Positions 8,611-19,637 of a stretch of DNA of 64,000 nucleotides are shown in pieces. The notes beneath the pieces are model-generated. The model saw nothing but the letters and a program-made list of their open reading frames with translations. It was not told the origin of the DNA and ran no database searches. The position numbers were made by a program, and so were the translations under genes. Numbering within the stretch: position 1 is the first letter of the stretch; every line of letters begins with the position of its first letter. The stretch comes from an uncultured Clostridia bacterium. Its GTDB lineage: Bacteria > Bacillota > Clostridia > TANB77 > CAG-508. The DNA lies in NCBI GenBank assembly GCA_947590905.1, contig CANQCU010000006.1:7823-71822 (forward strand), given 5' to 3'.

Positions 8611-10436
8611 TTAATCTTGTTGTTTACTTCTATTTGCTCTTTCTCTTTCTTTACTATCTAGAATTTTCTTTCTTAAACGTAAGCTTTGTGGAGTTACTTC
8701 TACTAGTTCATCATCTTGTATAAATTCGATAGCTTTTTCTAGAGACATTTGAATTGGTGGAACTAAATGAAGTGCATCATCTGATCCAGAAGCTCTTGTA
8801 TTTGTTAAGTGTTTTTCTTTGCAAACATTTATACTTAAATCTTCTCCTCTTGAATTTAGTCCTACTATCATTCCTTCATATACTTCTGTTCCAGGTCCAA
8901 TAAATAAATCACCTTTATCTTGTGCATTATATAATCCATAAGTTACGGCTTTTCCTTGCTCAAAAGCAACTATTGTTCCTCTTGATCTTGCTGTTATTTC
9001 TCCTTTATATGGCTCATAGCAATCAAATATGTGGTTCATTGTTCCATTTCCTTTTGTATCTGTCATAAATTCTGAACGATAACCAATTAAACCTCTTGCT
9101 GGTATCTTGAACTCTATTTTTGTATGTCCATCTTCTGCTGGTTCCATGTTTATCATTTCTGCTTTTCTTTTTCCTAGTTTCTCTATAACAGTACCAACAA
9201 ATTCATCTGGTACATTTACAACTAATCTCTCGATTGGTTCGCATTTTTCTCCATTTATTTCTTTTATTATAACTTTTGGACGAGAAACTAAAAGTTCAAA
9301 ACCTTCTCTTCTCATAGTTTCTATTAATACAGATAAATGTAATTCTCCGACGTCCTGCAACTTCAAAAGAATCAGGAGTAGCTGTTTCTGATACACGTAA
9401 AGATACGTTCTTTTCTAGTTCTTTAAATAATCTATCTCTAATATGTCTTGATGTTACAAATTCCCCTTCACGTCCTGCAAAAGGTCCATTGTTTACACTA
9501 AATGTCATTGTTACTGTTGGTTCATCTATATCAACAAAATCAATTTTTTCTACATGCTCTGGATCACAAATTGTTTCTCCAATATTGATATCAGCAATAC
9601 CAGAAAATTCAACTATATCTCCTGCTTTTGCTTCTTCTACTTCTATTTTATCTAGTCCGGCGGTGTGTATATACTTTTGCAATTTTTCCTGTTGAAGTTT
9701 TTCCATCTTTCTTGCAAACTGTAACTTGCATTCCTGGTTTTAGCTTTCCTCTTTCTATTCTTCCTACTGCTATTCTTCCTACATAATCATCATAATCTAT
9801 GTTTGAAACTAACATTTGAGTTGGTCCATCTTCATCGCAATTTGGAGCGGAAATAGTATTTATTATTGTCTTAAATAGACAGTCCATTCCTTCGTCTTTA
9901 TCATTCATATTAAGTTTTGCAATTCCTAATTTTGCTGATGTATAAACTACTGGGAAGTCTAATTGATCGTCGTTTGCATTTAATTCTATAAATAATTCTA
10001 GAACTTCATCTACAACTTTTGCAGGATTTGAACCTGGTCTATCTATTTTATTTATTACAACTATTGGTTTTAAGTTTAATGCTAGTGATTTTTTTAATAC
10101 TTCTCTTGTTTGAGGCATTGCTCCTTCAAAAGCATCTACAAGTAATAAAACCCCATCAACTGTTTTTAATACTCTTTCTACTTCTCCTCCAAAGTCAGCA
10201 TGTCCAGGAGTATCAACTATGTTAATCTTTACTCCATCATACATAACTGATGTATTTTTAGCAAGTATTGTTATTCCTCTTTCCTTCTCTAAATCGTTTG
10301 AGTCCATAACTCTTTCTTGAACTTGCTCATTATCTCTAAATACATGGCTTTGTTTTAAAAGTTCATCTACAAGTGTAGTTTTTCCATGGTCTACGTGTGC
10401 TATTATTGCTATATTTCTAATATTTGGGTTATTCAT
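8611..10436 (-). CDS. typA: Translational GTPase TypA/BipA, read through two CGG +1 sites
   Basis: G-domain [16 protein letters not shown]...[14 protein letters not shown]...NKIDR. Junctions are ...KVYTHR|[16 protein letters not shown]... and ...SFEVAGR|[19 protein letters not shown].... Three track ORFs join exactly in frame. Confidence 0.92.
9346..9349 (-). other. In-frame CGG / +1 frame junction (cgt C GGA gaa)
   Basis: VAGR|[19 protein letters not shown], matching the highly conserved BipA block. Confidence 0.9.
9656..9659 (-). other. In-frame CGG / +1 frame junction (cgc C GGA cta)
   Basis: KVYTHR|[16 protein letters not shown]. Confidence 0.85.
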
Positions 10437-10486
10437 TTCTTTTCTCCTCTTTTACTTTTAACTTTACAACAAATATTTATTATATA

Positions 10487-11083
10487 CTAAATTTCTTGAT
10501 TTGTCAATTTAATCATTTCTGTCATAACTATTTTGCTAAGCAATTCTAATGTTTCTTTGTCTGTTTTTTTATCTTTAAATTCATCAAATGTTAAAGGCTT
10601 TCCTATATTTATCTTTACTCTAGATATAAAGGGTCTACTATATTTAGCCTGTATTCCTATTGGAATAATTGGTACTCCTGACATAAGACTTATTAATACT
10701 GCCCCATTTTGTATTTTTCCCTTTTTCTTTATCCCATTTCTTGTTCCTTCTGGAAACATTAAAACTAGATGATTTTCATTTAAAACTTTTACACAGCTTT
10801 TTAGAAGATTTATATCATTCTTTCCTCTTTTTACAGGTAAGGCATGTACCTTTACTGCAAGCCATTTTATAAATTCATTTACGAACATTTCTTCTTTTGC
10901 TAAGATATATACATCATTCCTTTTAAGAGCTGCTACCATTGTTGGTGGGTCCCAGTTACTTGTATGATTAGGGCATAATATGTAAGGTTTACCTTCTTCT
11001 ATATTTTCTGCTCCTACAACTTTTACTCTGTATAATAATAGGGTTGTTATTTTTAATACAAATTTTATAATAGCTCTAACCAT
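10487..11083 (-). CDS. plsC: 1-acyl-sn-glycerol-3-phosphate acyltransferase
   Basis: NHTSNWDP (HX4D-type motif) and FPEGTRN motif in a 198-aa ORF. Confidence 0.8.
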   Translation of the reverse strand: MVRAIIKFVLKITTLLLYRVKVVGAENIEEGKPYILCPNHTSNWDPPTMVAALKRNDVYILAKEEMFVNEFIKWLAVKVHALPVKRGKNDINLLKSCVKVLNENHLVLMFPEGTRNGIKKKGKIQNGAVLISLMSGVPIIPIGIQAKYSRPFISRVKINIGKPLTFDEFKDKKTDKETLELLSKIVMTEMIKLTNQEI

Positions 11084-11747
11084 TTCTTTTTCTCCTTACT
11101 ATTTCTTCAATTTTTTCTACTACTTCTTCGATTGTCATATTTGTACTATCAACTAATATGCTATCTTCAGCTTTAATTAAAGGTGCTATTTTTCTTTCTG
11201 TTTCTAGTTTATGTCTTTCTTTTATACTTTTTAGTACCTCTTCATAGGTCTCGTTTATTCCTTTTTCTAAGTTTTGCTTATATCTTCTATTTGCTCTTTC
11301 TTCTAACGAGCAATCTAAAAATATCTTAACATCAGCATTTGGAAATACTACTGTTCCTATATCTCTTCCTTCCATAATTACATCATTTTTTTCGCCTAAT
11401 GCTCTTTCAATAGGGGTTACTTTATCTCTTACTATCTTTAATGCTGCAAAAACTGCAACTACATCATCAACTTCTGGTGTCCTAATTTTTGAAGATACAT
11501 CTTCTCCATTTAAAAATACTTTTTGTACACCATTTGTATTTTCTAACTTTATATCTATTTTCTCTAAGACTTCTTTTATTTTTTCTTCTTCGTTTGCAGT
11601 TATATTTTTATTTAAGCAATCAAGTGCAACACATCTATACATTGCTCCTGTATCTATATTTATTAGATTTAATTTTTCAGCTAATATTTTTGTTATTGTT
11701 CCTTTTCCCGTTCCTGCTGGTCCATCTATTGCAACAACAAATGACAT
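11076..11747 (-). CDS. cmk: Cytidylate kinase
   Basis: MSFVVAIDGPAGTGKGTITK...IDTGAMYR. The start is placed at the ATG 5 nt after gaggtgg. The track ORF starts at an upstream GTG. Confidence 0.9.
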   Translation of the reverse strand: MSFVVAIDGPAGTGKGTITKILAEKLNLINIDTGAMYRCVALDCLNKNITANEEEKIKEVLEKIDIKLENTNGVQKVFLNGEDVSSKIRTPEVDDVVAVFAALKIVRDKVTPIERALGEKNDVIMEGRDIGTVVFPNADVKIFLDCSLEERANRRYKQNLEKGINETYEEVLKSIKERHKLETERKIAPLIKAEDSILVDSTNMTIEEVVEKIEEIVRRKRNG

Positions 11748-11823
11748 ATATTCCACCTCTTTAATTTTTATATCTTCTTACTTTTGAATTTTATTTTGCT
11801 TTTATGTAATTTTATTTTTGGCT

Positions 11824-12678
11824 TTATTTATCTATTTTTTCTTCTTCTGGAATTTTAATTCCTCTTGCGACTATTTCTATATCTCGTATACTCATTGCTG
11901 TTAACTTTTCAATTTCCTTTTCACATTTTTCCTTAAAATCTGTTAGTGCCTCTACAATGTTATATCCATATACAGCTATAACTTCCATATAAATGCTTGG
12001 GCCTTCTTCGTATTTTGTTATTCTCATTTTTGCAAGTTTATCTATTGCTGGCGTTCTATATGCTAGGTATTCTATTATTTGTCTAAATACTTGATCTGAT
12101 ATTGTAAAATTTCCTAAATAGCTAAATGTTGGCCTTATGATTGATTTTTCTGTAACATAAGGTGCTTTTCCTATTCCTTTTGATTTGAAGATTTGAAGCG
12201 GATCTAATATGTAACCAGAAAAATCTTTTTTTATTTCAAATGTAGGTACTGGTATAACATGTTTTCCTTCTGTAACACGTATTCTTCTTGCTGTTTCCAT
12301 TTCTTCCTCTGTTGCAATTTCATCAATATGTATTATTTTTGAAACTTTTGGAATTCCAAGATTTTCTGCAATTTTATATACCATGCTATCAGAAGTTCCT
12401 AGTATCATAATTGCTTCTGGTTTATATTTTCTTATTGCCGTTTGTATTTCTTTCTTTTCTTCTGGAGTTTGAAAAAGTGCATGTTTTACTGTTTCTATTT
12501 TGGTTGGCGCTTTTTTAGCAGATGAACCTGCTATTACCTCATTATCTTTTATAAAAAGTCCATCATCTATTATATAGTTTATGTTATTTTCTCCTGCTAC
12601 ATATTGAGCTCTATAACTTTTACCTGTTCCTGATGGACCAACAAATCCCCATACTTTTATACTACGAATTGTCCACAT
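11824..12678 (-). CDS. P-loop NTPase domain fused to an Asp23/Gls24-like domain (hypothetical)
   Basis: Walker A GPSGTGKS sits near the N-terminus. The C-terminal half (ISDQVFRQIIEYLAYRTPAIDKLAKMRI...VIAVYGYNIVEALTDFKEKCEKEIEKLTAM) looks Asp23-like. Confidence 0.6.
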   Translation of the reverse strand: MWTIRSIKVWGFVGPSGTGKSYRAQYVAGENNINYIIDDGLFIKDNEVIAGSSAKKAPTKIETVKHALFQTPEEKKEIQTAIRKYKPEAIMILGTSDSMVYKIAENLGIPKVSKIIHIDEIATEEEMETARRIRVTEGKHVIPVPTFEIKKDFSGYILDPLQIFKSKGIGKAPYVTEKSIIRPTFSYLGNFTISDQVFRQIIEYLAYRTPAIDKLAKMRITKYEEGPSIYMEVIAVYGYNIVEALTDFKEKCEKEIEKLTAMSIRDIEIVARGIKIPEEEKIDK

Positions 12679-12687
12679 AAGTACCTC

Positions 12688-14151
12688 CTATTTTTCAATA
12701 AGTGTAAATGAAAAGAAATATCCGTTATATGTTGTTTGAAATTCTTTTCTTTCAATAAGATTAACATTATATTTGCTTTGTATCAATTTATCAAAATCTT
12801 CTTCTGATATGTTTATTATCCATATTCTTCCTGATGCCTTCTCTAATATATTATCTAAATTATTATCTCTTACTAAATTTGGTCCGAAACATTCATATGC
12901 TCCACCTGCTCCCCAATTCCAATTATCATGGAAATATTGCATGTGTCCTGGATGTTTTATAGTTATTGCAAAACCTGAAATTTCGTCACTATATATTAAA
13001 AATGAATCTCCTTCTTGTAAATTTTCATCAATATAATTTAGCATTTCATCATTCTTTTTACTATAATTTGTTTGAATTACATGTACATTGTTAAAAATTG
13101 AAAAAGCAAGTACAATGGCTAAAATAAATGCATTTATGTATTTGTTATCTACTTTTGCCATTAAGAACGCTATAAAGAAGATTAAAAGTCCTGTTACAAC
13201 AAGTAAATATCTATCTATAAGTATTGGAGTCATTATTATTGATATAATAAATGCAGAAAGTGTAACTCCTATATATACTAAAACTGCAAAAATTGCTGGT
13301 TTAATTTCTTGCTTTTCTTTTTTCAATTTGTATATACAAAAGATTGTATATGCATAAATTGCTAGCATTACTAAAAGAGCTAGTTCTCTATCAATATGAG
13401 CTCCTGCCATTTGCATTGACAATATTTCTTTTAATGTTCCGGGGAAGCTTAAAGTAATCCAAAATCCATTTGTACCAACACTTGTAACTTGTAGAATAAA
13501 TATAAATAGCCATGGGATATATACTATAACTTGTGCTACTGCACAAACTAAAAATTTTATAAATTCATCTTTTTTATTTTTGAAATTTTTAATTAGATAT
13601 ATAAATAAACTTAAGTTTATAAGTCCAGATGCCATTAAACTATAATAGTGAGTATATGCACCTGCTAAACTGAAAATTCCAAAAATTATTAAATTTTTGA
13701 TTTCAAATTTGCCTTTGTATAATCTATATGCGTACAAACCTGTAATTGTAGTAAAAAGCATTGCCCATGAATACATTCTTATTTCTAATGAATATCTTGT
13801 TAGCCCTGGCATAAATAAAACTAAGAATGAAAAAATGATTCCTGTATTTTCTCCAAAATCTTTCTTTATGTGTGTAAATCCTAAAATTGCAAGTATCATC
13901 ATTGGAACAATAGAAAATAATCTATAGATTATAATATTATTACCAAATATTAGAGTTATAAGTTTTACCATAAAGTAATATAAAACTGGATGCACATCTG
14001 CTGAACCAATTTTACAAATTTCGAAAAAACTATGATTCATCATAGCTACAGTATAACTTTCATCATACCAAATGTTAGTGTGAAATGCGCCTAACATTAA
14101 GAATACAGTTCCTATAATTATTATTGCTATATGTAAATATTTTTTCTTCAT
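12688..14151 (-). CDS. GT-C fold membrane glycosyltransferase (ArnT/PMT_2-like), paralog 1
   Basis: About 12 TM helices, N-terminal HTNIWYDESY motif, soluble C-terminal domain. Colinear and clearly homologous to the next gene. Confidence 0.65.
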   Translation of the reverse strand: MKKKYLHIAIIIIGTVFLMLGAFHTNIWYDESYTVAMMNHSFFEICKIGSADVHPVLYYFMVKLITLIFGNNIIIYRLFSIVPMMILAILGFTHIKKDFGENTGIIFSFLVLFMPGLTRYSLEIRMYSWAMLFTTITGLYAYRLYKGKFEIKNLIIFGIFSLAGAYTHYYSLMASGLINLSLFIYLIKNFKNKKDEFIKFLVCAVAQVIVYIPWLFIFILQVTSVGTNGFWITLSFPGTLKEILSMQMAGAHIDRELALLVMLAIYAYTIFCIYKLKKEKQEIKPAIFAVLVYIGVTLSAFIISIIMTPILIDRYLLVVTGLLIFFIAFLMAKVDNKYINAFILAIVLAFSIFNNVHVIQTNYSKKNDEMLNYIDENLQEGDSFLIYSDEISGFAITIKHPGHMQYFHDNWNWGAGGAYECFGPNLVRDNNLDNILEKASGRIWIINISEEDFDKLIQSKYNVNLIERKEFQTTYNGYFFSFTLIEK

Positions 14152-14161
14152 TTTTTCCTCC

Positions 14162-15622
14162 CTATTTTTCTACAATTGTAAATGAAAAATATAAATTTTC
14201 ATAAGCTGTATTAAATTCTTTTCTTTCTAATAGTTCTACATCATATTTGTTTATTATCTCTTCTCTAAATGCTTCTTCCGGCATATTTACTATCCAAATT
14301 CTTCCATCTAGTTCTTCCATAATTTTATCTAAGTTTTGTTCAACTACAATATTTGGTCCAAATGATTTATATGTTTCACTAACACCCCAATCGTCTTTAT
14401 CATGGAAATACGTTTTATGATCTAGATATTTAGCAGTTACTGAAAAGCCTCCAATTGAATTAGAATATATTAAGAATGTATCTTCTTTTTTTAGATTATC
14501 TTCTACAAATTCAATCATTTCTTTATTACTTGAAGAATAGTTTCTTTGTACCAATTTAACATTGTTTATTATTGAAAGTGCTAGTATTACTAAACATATT
14601 CCTATGGTTATGTATTTTCTTTTTTCTTTTGAAAATAAAATGCTGAAACTAAATATTAAAGGTGCCATTACAACTAGCATGTATCTGTCTATTAATAAAG
14701 GCGTCATTATAAGAGATACAACAAGAACTAAGAAAACTATAAACCAATAAAACATTATACCAAATGAAGGAATTATTACTTCATTGTTTGCCTTTTTCTC
14801 TTTATAAATTATTGAAAAAGCATATACATATAATATTAGCATTAGTATAAAGTATACTGTTTCATTTAAATTATCTCCGCTAACTGGCACTGATAATATA
14901 CGTATAAAAGTACCTGGAAATGTATAAGCTGGTATCCAAAATCCTCCAGAAATTCCAGCTAGTTGATTAACAAAAATTATAAGCCATGGTAAATATAATA
15001 TGATTTGCACTACTGCACATATACAAAAACTTATAAATTCATTTTTCTTATCTTTTAGGTTATTAAATAAATATGCAAATAATATTAGGTTAATAAGTCC
15101 AGTAGCCATTAGGGCGTAATAGTGAGTATATGCACTTGCTAAGCTGAAAATTCCAAAAATTATTAAATTCTTTATATTGAATTCTTTATATAATCTATAG
15201 GCATATATTGCTGTAATTCCAATGAAGAGCATTGCCCAAGAATACATTCTTATTTCTATTGCATATCTTGTTAGTCCTGGTAAAAATAATACTAAAAATG
15301 AAAATATAAGTCCTGTTTCTTCTCCAAAGTCTTTTCTAATATGAGTAAATCCTAGAACTGCAAGTATTGCTACTGGTACGATTGATAATAATCTATATAG
15401 TATAATGTTATTACCAAATATTAGATTTAGTATCCTAAGGAAGTAATAATAAAGTGGAGGATGCACGTCATAAGATGTTATATTACATATTTCACCAAAA
15501 TTATGATTTGCTAATCCGACTGAATAGCTTTCATCAAACCAAAGATTAGTATGAAATGCACCTAAAGAAATAAATATGATACCTATTATAATTATTGCTA
15601 TATGTAGATACTTCTTCTTCAT
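14162..15622 (-). CDS. GT-C fold membrane glycosyltransferase (ArnT/PMT_2-like), paralog 2
   Basis: MKKKYLHIAIIIIG...HTNLWFDESY.... The start is set at the ATG after ggagg, matching the paralog's N-terminus. Confidence 0.65.
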   Translation of the reverse strand: MKKKYLHIAIIIIGIIFISLGAFHTNLWFDESYSVGLANHNFGEICNITSYDVHPPLYYYFLRILNLIFGNNIILYRLLSIVPVAILAVLGFTHIRKDFGEETGLIFSFLVLFLPGLTRYAIEIRMYSWAMLFIGITAIYAYRLYKEFNIKNLIIFGIFSLASAYTHYYALMATGLINLILFAYLFNNLKDKKNEFISFCICAVVQIILYLPWLIIFVNQLAGISGGFWIPAYTFPGTFIRILSVPVSGDNLNETVYFILMLILYVYAFSIIYKEKKANNEVIIPSFGIMFYWFIVFLVLVVSLIMTPLLIDRYMLVVMAPLIFSFSILFSKEKRKYITIGICLVILALSIINNVKLVQRNYSSSNKEMIEFVEDNLKKEDTFLIYSNSIGGFSVTAKYLDHKTYFHDKDDWGVSETYKSFGPNIVVEQNLDKIMEELDGRIWIVNMPEEAFREEIINKYDVELLERKEFNTAYENLYFSFTIVEK

Positions 15623-15753
15623 TCTTTCCTCCATTAAAATATATAAATACTTTTAATTAATCCTAATATTTACTATAAAAATTTAATTTTCTTGTTTTAT
15701 TTCAGCAATTTAATTTTACATTTCTATCTTTATTTATTCCATATATTTGAATT

Positions 15754-15782
15754 AAAGCGTGTAATTTCATATTACACGCTTT
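15754..15782 (-). terminator. Terminator after the GT2 gene
   Basis: aaagcgtgtaat-ttcat-attacacgcttt. Confidence 0.6.
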
Positions 15783-15826
15783 ATAATTTGTCTTCACTAG
15801 CTTTGTGTATTTATTGCTAGTTAATT

Positions 15827-17056
15827 TTATATTACTTCATTTATTTTTATATCTCTAACGTGCTCAATCTTTTCCCAATTAGTTTCTCTTTTGAATAAAC
15901 ATTTAAAGTTTATGGCTAACCAACTTCCTAAAAATAGTGGATAGAATATAAGTCCTTTTATCATTGGCTTTATAGGTCTACCATCTAGTTTCATTATTAT
16001 CATACCTGTTATAATTGGTAAGAAAAATGTTGGTACAATATACATCATAAGATTTTGTATGAATGCTAGTCTTGTCATTCCATCTCCCATATATATAAAT
16101 GCATTAACAACTAATAGAAGTAAAGTAATTATAAACATTGGAATGCTTCCAACTATATATAATAAACCATCAAAAGTCACTAATGTTTTATTTTCTTTTA
16201 CAGATTTAGCAAGTTCTTTAGTATATCTTCCCATACATTGTATATGTCCTACTGTCCATCTTGAACGTTGAGACCAACTTTGTTTAAATCCAACTGGTTG
16301 TTCATCATACACTATTGCATCTGTTGCCCAACCAAGTTTCTTTCCTGCTACTATTCTTTGAAGTGAAAATTCTATATCCTCAGTCAAAGTATAAGTTTGC
16401 CATCCGTTAGGTTTTATTACATCAAATCTAACCATAAATCCTGTTCCATTTATTAATGGAGATAAACCTAAATTATATCTTGCTAAATGATAGAATCTAT
16501 TCATCATCCAATAGAATATTGCATATCCTGAAGATATCCAACTATCTGTTGGGTTTTTGATATCTCTATATCCTTGTACTACATCTTCTCCTTGACATAG
16601 TTTTTTGTTCATATTTTTTATAAAGTTTTGGTCTACAATATTATCTGCATCAAATACGCAAAAAGCATCATAATCAGCATTTTCTTCTATTTTCTTTGAT
16701 AAGAACCATTGAAGAGCATGCCCTTTAGTCTTTCCTTCCGTATGATTTCTAACATATACAATTGCTCCTGCTTCTTCTGCAATTTCTGCTGTTTTATCTG
16801 TACAGTTATCTGCGATAACATATATATCTAATAAATTTTCTGGGTAATCTTGCTTTTTTAGACTTTCTATTAAATTTTTTACAACTGATTCTTCATTGTG
16901 TGCAGGAATTATTGCCATAAATTTGTGGTTCTTTTTTGTTAATAATGGTTTATCTTTAAGTTTTACTAAAGAACATATACTTATTAACAACTGATATAGC
17001 CAAAATATTGTTATAATCCATACTATTGCTTGTTGTAATATATATAAATATTTCAT
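15827..17056 (-). CDS. Family 2 glycosyltransferase, processive type (IcaA/PgaC/cellulose-synthase-like)
   Basis: AIIPAHNEE, FDADN (DxD) and QRSRW motifs, with TM helices at both ends. The start could instead be the TTG at 17083. Confidence 0.75.
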   Translation of the reverse strand: MKYLYILQQAIVWIITIFWLYQLLISICSLVKLKDKPLLTKKNHKFMAIIPAHNEESVVKNLIESLKKQDYPENLLDIYVIADNCTDKTAEIAEEAGAIVYVRNHTEGKTKGHALQWFLSKKIEENADYDAFCVFDADNIVDQNFIKNMNKKLCQGEDVVQGYRDIKNPTDSWISSGYAIFYWMMNRFYHLARYNLGLSPLINGTGFMVRFDVIKPNGWQTYTLTEDIEFSLQRIVAGKKLGWATDAIVYDEQPVGFKQSWSQRSRWTVGHIQCMGRYTKELAKSVKENKTLVTFDGLLYIVGSIPMFIITLLLLVVNAFIYMGDGMTRLAFIQNLMMYIVPTFFLPIITGMIIMKLDGRPIKPMIKGLIFYPLFLGSWLAINFKCLFKRETNWEKIEHVRDIKINEVI

Positions 17057-17256
17057 TTTTACCCTCTTTTCTTTTTTATTCAAAAACCTTTAATCCCTAA
17101 ACATTTATATTATACTATAAACTTCCAAAAAAAGCAAATTTTTCTTTATTAAATATTTCTTAAGATTAATCTTATCAATATAACCAATCTATTTTAAGCA
17201 AATAAATATTATAATTTTTGAAACAATTATAATATTTATTATGCTATATTCTAAAA

Positions 17257-19359
17257 TTATTCTTCTATATCTTTAGCTGTAAGATTAATTCTTCCTTGGT
17301 CGTCTATTTCATAAACTTTAACCTTTACAGTATCTCCTACTTTTAGTACATCCTCTACTTTGTTTACTCTTTCTTTTGATATCTTTGAAATGTGAAGTAA
17401 TCCTTCTTTTCCTCCTCCAACATCAACGAAAGCTCCAAAACTCATTATTCTTGTAACTTTTCCTTTATATATTCCGCCGACTTCGATTTCTCTAACTATT
17501 TCGTCAATCATCTCTAATGCTCTATTTGCACTTTCTGTCTCTTGTGAATATATATATACGTTTCCATCTTCTTGAATGTCTATTTTTACGCCTGTTTCTT
17601 CGATTATTTTGTTTATTGTTTTTCCACTAGGACCTATAACATCTTTTATTTTATCTAATTTTATTTTTGTTGTTACAATTTTTGGTGCATATTTTGATAA
17701 TTCTTCTCTTGGTTTTGCTATTTGTTTTAACATTATTTCATCTAAGATATATTCTCTTGCTTTTCTTGTTCTGGCAAAAGCTTCTTCTATAATATTATAT
17801 GTTAAACCATCAATTTTTATATCTACTTGTATAGCTGTTATTCCTTTTTTTGTTCCTCCTACTTTAAAGTCCATATCTCCGAAGAAATCTTCGATTCCTT
17901 GAATATCTGTAAGCATTACATATTTTGAAGGATCTTCGCTATCTGTTACAAGTCCTGTTGAAATTCCTGCAACAGGTGCTTTTATTGGAACACCAGCATC
18001 CATTAATGCTAATGTACTTCCACAAATACTTCCTTGTGAAGTTGATCCATTTGAAGATAATACTTCTGATACAACTCTTATTGCATAAGGGAATTCTTCT
18101 TCTGATGGCAATACTGGAACTAGTGCTTTTTCTGCTAATGCTCCATGTCCTATTTCACGTCTTCCAGGTCCACGAGATGTTCTAGCTTCTCCTACACTAT
18201 ATGGTGGGAAGTTATATTGATGCATATAACGTTTTTCTGTTTCTTCATCTAATCCATCAAGCGATTGTGCTTCTGAAAGCATTCCTAGCGTTGCAATAGA
18301 CATAACTTGTGTCTGTCCTCTTGTGAATATTGCGCTTCCATGTACTCTTGGAAGAACACCTACTTCACATGATAATGGTCTTATTTCGTCAATTTTTCTT
18401 CCATCTGGACGTTTATGTTCTTCATAAATCATTTTTCTAACACATTTTTTCTCTAATTTGTAGATAACTTCTCCAATTTCTAATTTTCTTTCTTCTACAA
18501 ATTCTTCTCCGTGTTTTTCTACAAGATAATTTGTTATATCTTCAGTAATTTTTTCTATATTTGCATCTCTAACTTCTTTATCTTGGGCTTGTACATCATT
18601 ATACATTCTATCTTTAAATTCATTCTCTACTTCGCCATATAATTCTTCTGATACTGCAAATGATTTGTATTCAAATTTAGGTTTTCCAATTTCTTTTTGT
18701 ATTTCTGAAATAAATTTACAAATTTTAATTATTTCTTGATGACCTTTCTTTATAGCTTCTAGCATTGTATCTTCTGGTATTTCGTTTGCTCCTGCTTCTA
18801 TCATTGTTACTTTTTCTAGAGTTCCTGCAACTGTTAATACTAGGTCTGATTTTGCTCTTTGTTCTACTGTTGGATTTATTATTATTTCTCCATCAACATA
18901 TCCAACATTAACTGCTGCTGTTGGTCCACCAAATGGTATATCTGATATTGCAAGTGCACATGATGTTCCTATCATTGCTGCAACTTCTGGTGAATTATCA
19001 GGATCAACTGATAAAACTGTTGCAATTACACATACATCATTTCTAAAATCTTTTGGGAATAATGGACGAATTGGTCTATCTATTGCTCTTGATGTAAGTA
19101 TTGCTTTGTCTGCTGGTTTTCCTTCTCTTTTTGTAAATCCTCCTGGAATTCTTCCAACAGAATATAGTTTTTCTTCATAATCTACTGATAATGGGAAAAA
19201 GTCTATTCCTTCTTTTGGTTCTTTTGATGCTGTAACGTTAACCATTACAACTGTTTCTCCATATCTTACCATTACACTTCCGTTAGCAAGTTCTGCTATC
19301 TTGCCATTTTCAATTACTAATTTTCTTCCTGCAAGTTCTGTTTCAAATGTTCTAAACAT
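17257..19359 (-). CDS. pnp: Polyribonucleotide nucleotidyltransferase (PNPase)
   Basis: Intact 700-aa ORF. Two RNase PH domains followed by KH and S1 domains (GKVTRIMSFGAFVDV). Confidence 0.95.
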   Translation of the reverse strand: MFRTFETELAGRKLVIENGKIAELANGSVMVRYGETVVMVNVTASKEPKEGIDFFPLSVDYEEKLYSVGRIPGGFTKREGKPADKAILTSRAIDRPIRPLFPKDFRNDVCVIATVLSVDPDNSPEVAAMIGTSCALAISDIPFGGPTAAVNVGYVDGEIIINPTVEQRAKSDLVLTVAGTLEKVTMIEAGANEIPEDTMLEAIKKGHQEIIKICKFISEIQKEIGKPKFEYKSFAVSEELYGEVENEFKDRMYNDVQAQDKEVRDANIEKITEDITNYLVEKHGEEFVEERKLEIGEVIYKLEKKCVRKMIYEEHKRPDGRKIDEIRPLSCEVGVLPRVHGSAIFTRGQTQVMSIATLGMLSEAQSLDGLDEETEKRYMHQYNFPPYSVGEARTSRGPGRREIGHGALAEKALVPVLPSEEEFPYAIRVVSEVLSSNGSTSQGSICGSTLALMDAGVPIKAPVAGISTGLVTDSEDPSKYVMLTDIQGIEDFFGDMDFKVGGTKKGITAIQVDIKIDGLTYNIIEEAFARTRKAREYILDEIMLKQIAKPREELSKYAPKIVTTKIKLDKIKDVIGPSGKTINKIIEETGVKIDIQEDGNVYIYSQETESANRALEMIDEIVREIEVGGIYKGKVTRIMSFGAFVDVGGGKEGLLHISKISKERVNKVEDVLKVGDTVKVKVYEIDDQGRINLTAKDIEE

Positions 19360-19598
19360 ATTTTTACCTCTCTTTTTAAATTGATTTATATAAATAGTTA
19401 TATAAGGTTTAGTATATGTAACTTCAATAATATACTATTTAAGACTTATATTATGTTTTCCACAATTTGTTCTATATTAATATGTCAATAATTTATACAA
19501 ATTATGATTAAATTCTATATTTGTATAAATTTCTTAGTAGTACATTATTCAAGCTACTTATCCTAAATTCTTATAAAGCTATGAATATACATTTTACA

Positions 19599-19625
19599 AG
19601 GCGTTTAATATAAAATCAAACGCCT
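19599..19625 (-). terminator. Hairpin after rpsO
   Basis: aggcgttt-aatataaaatc-aaacgcct. The T-tract is weak. Confidence 0.45.
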
Positions 19626-19637
19626 CATACTTAAAAA

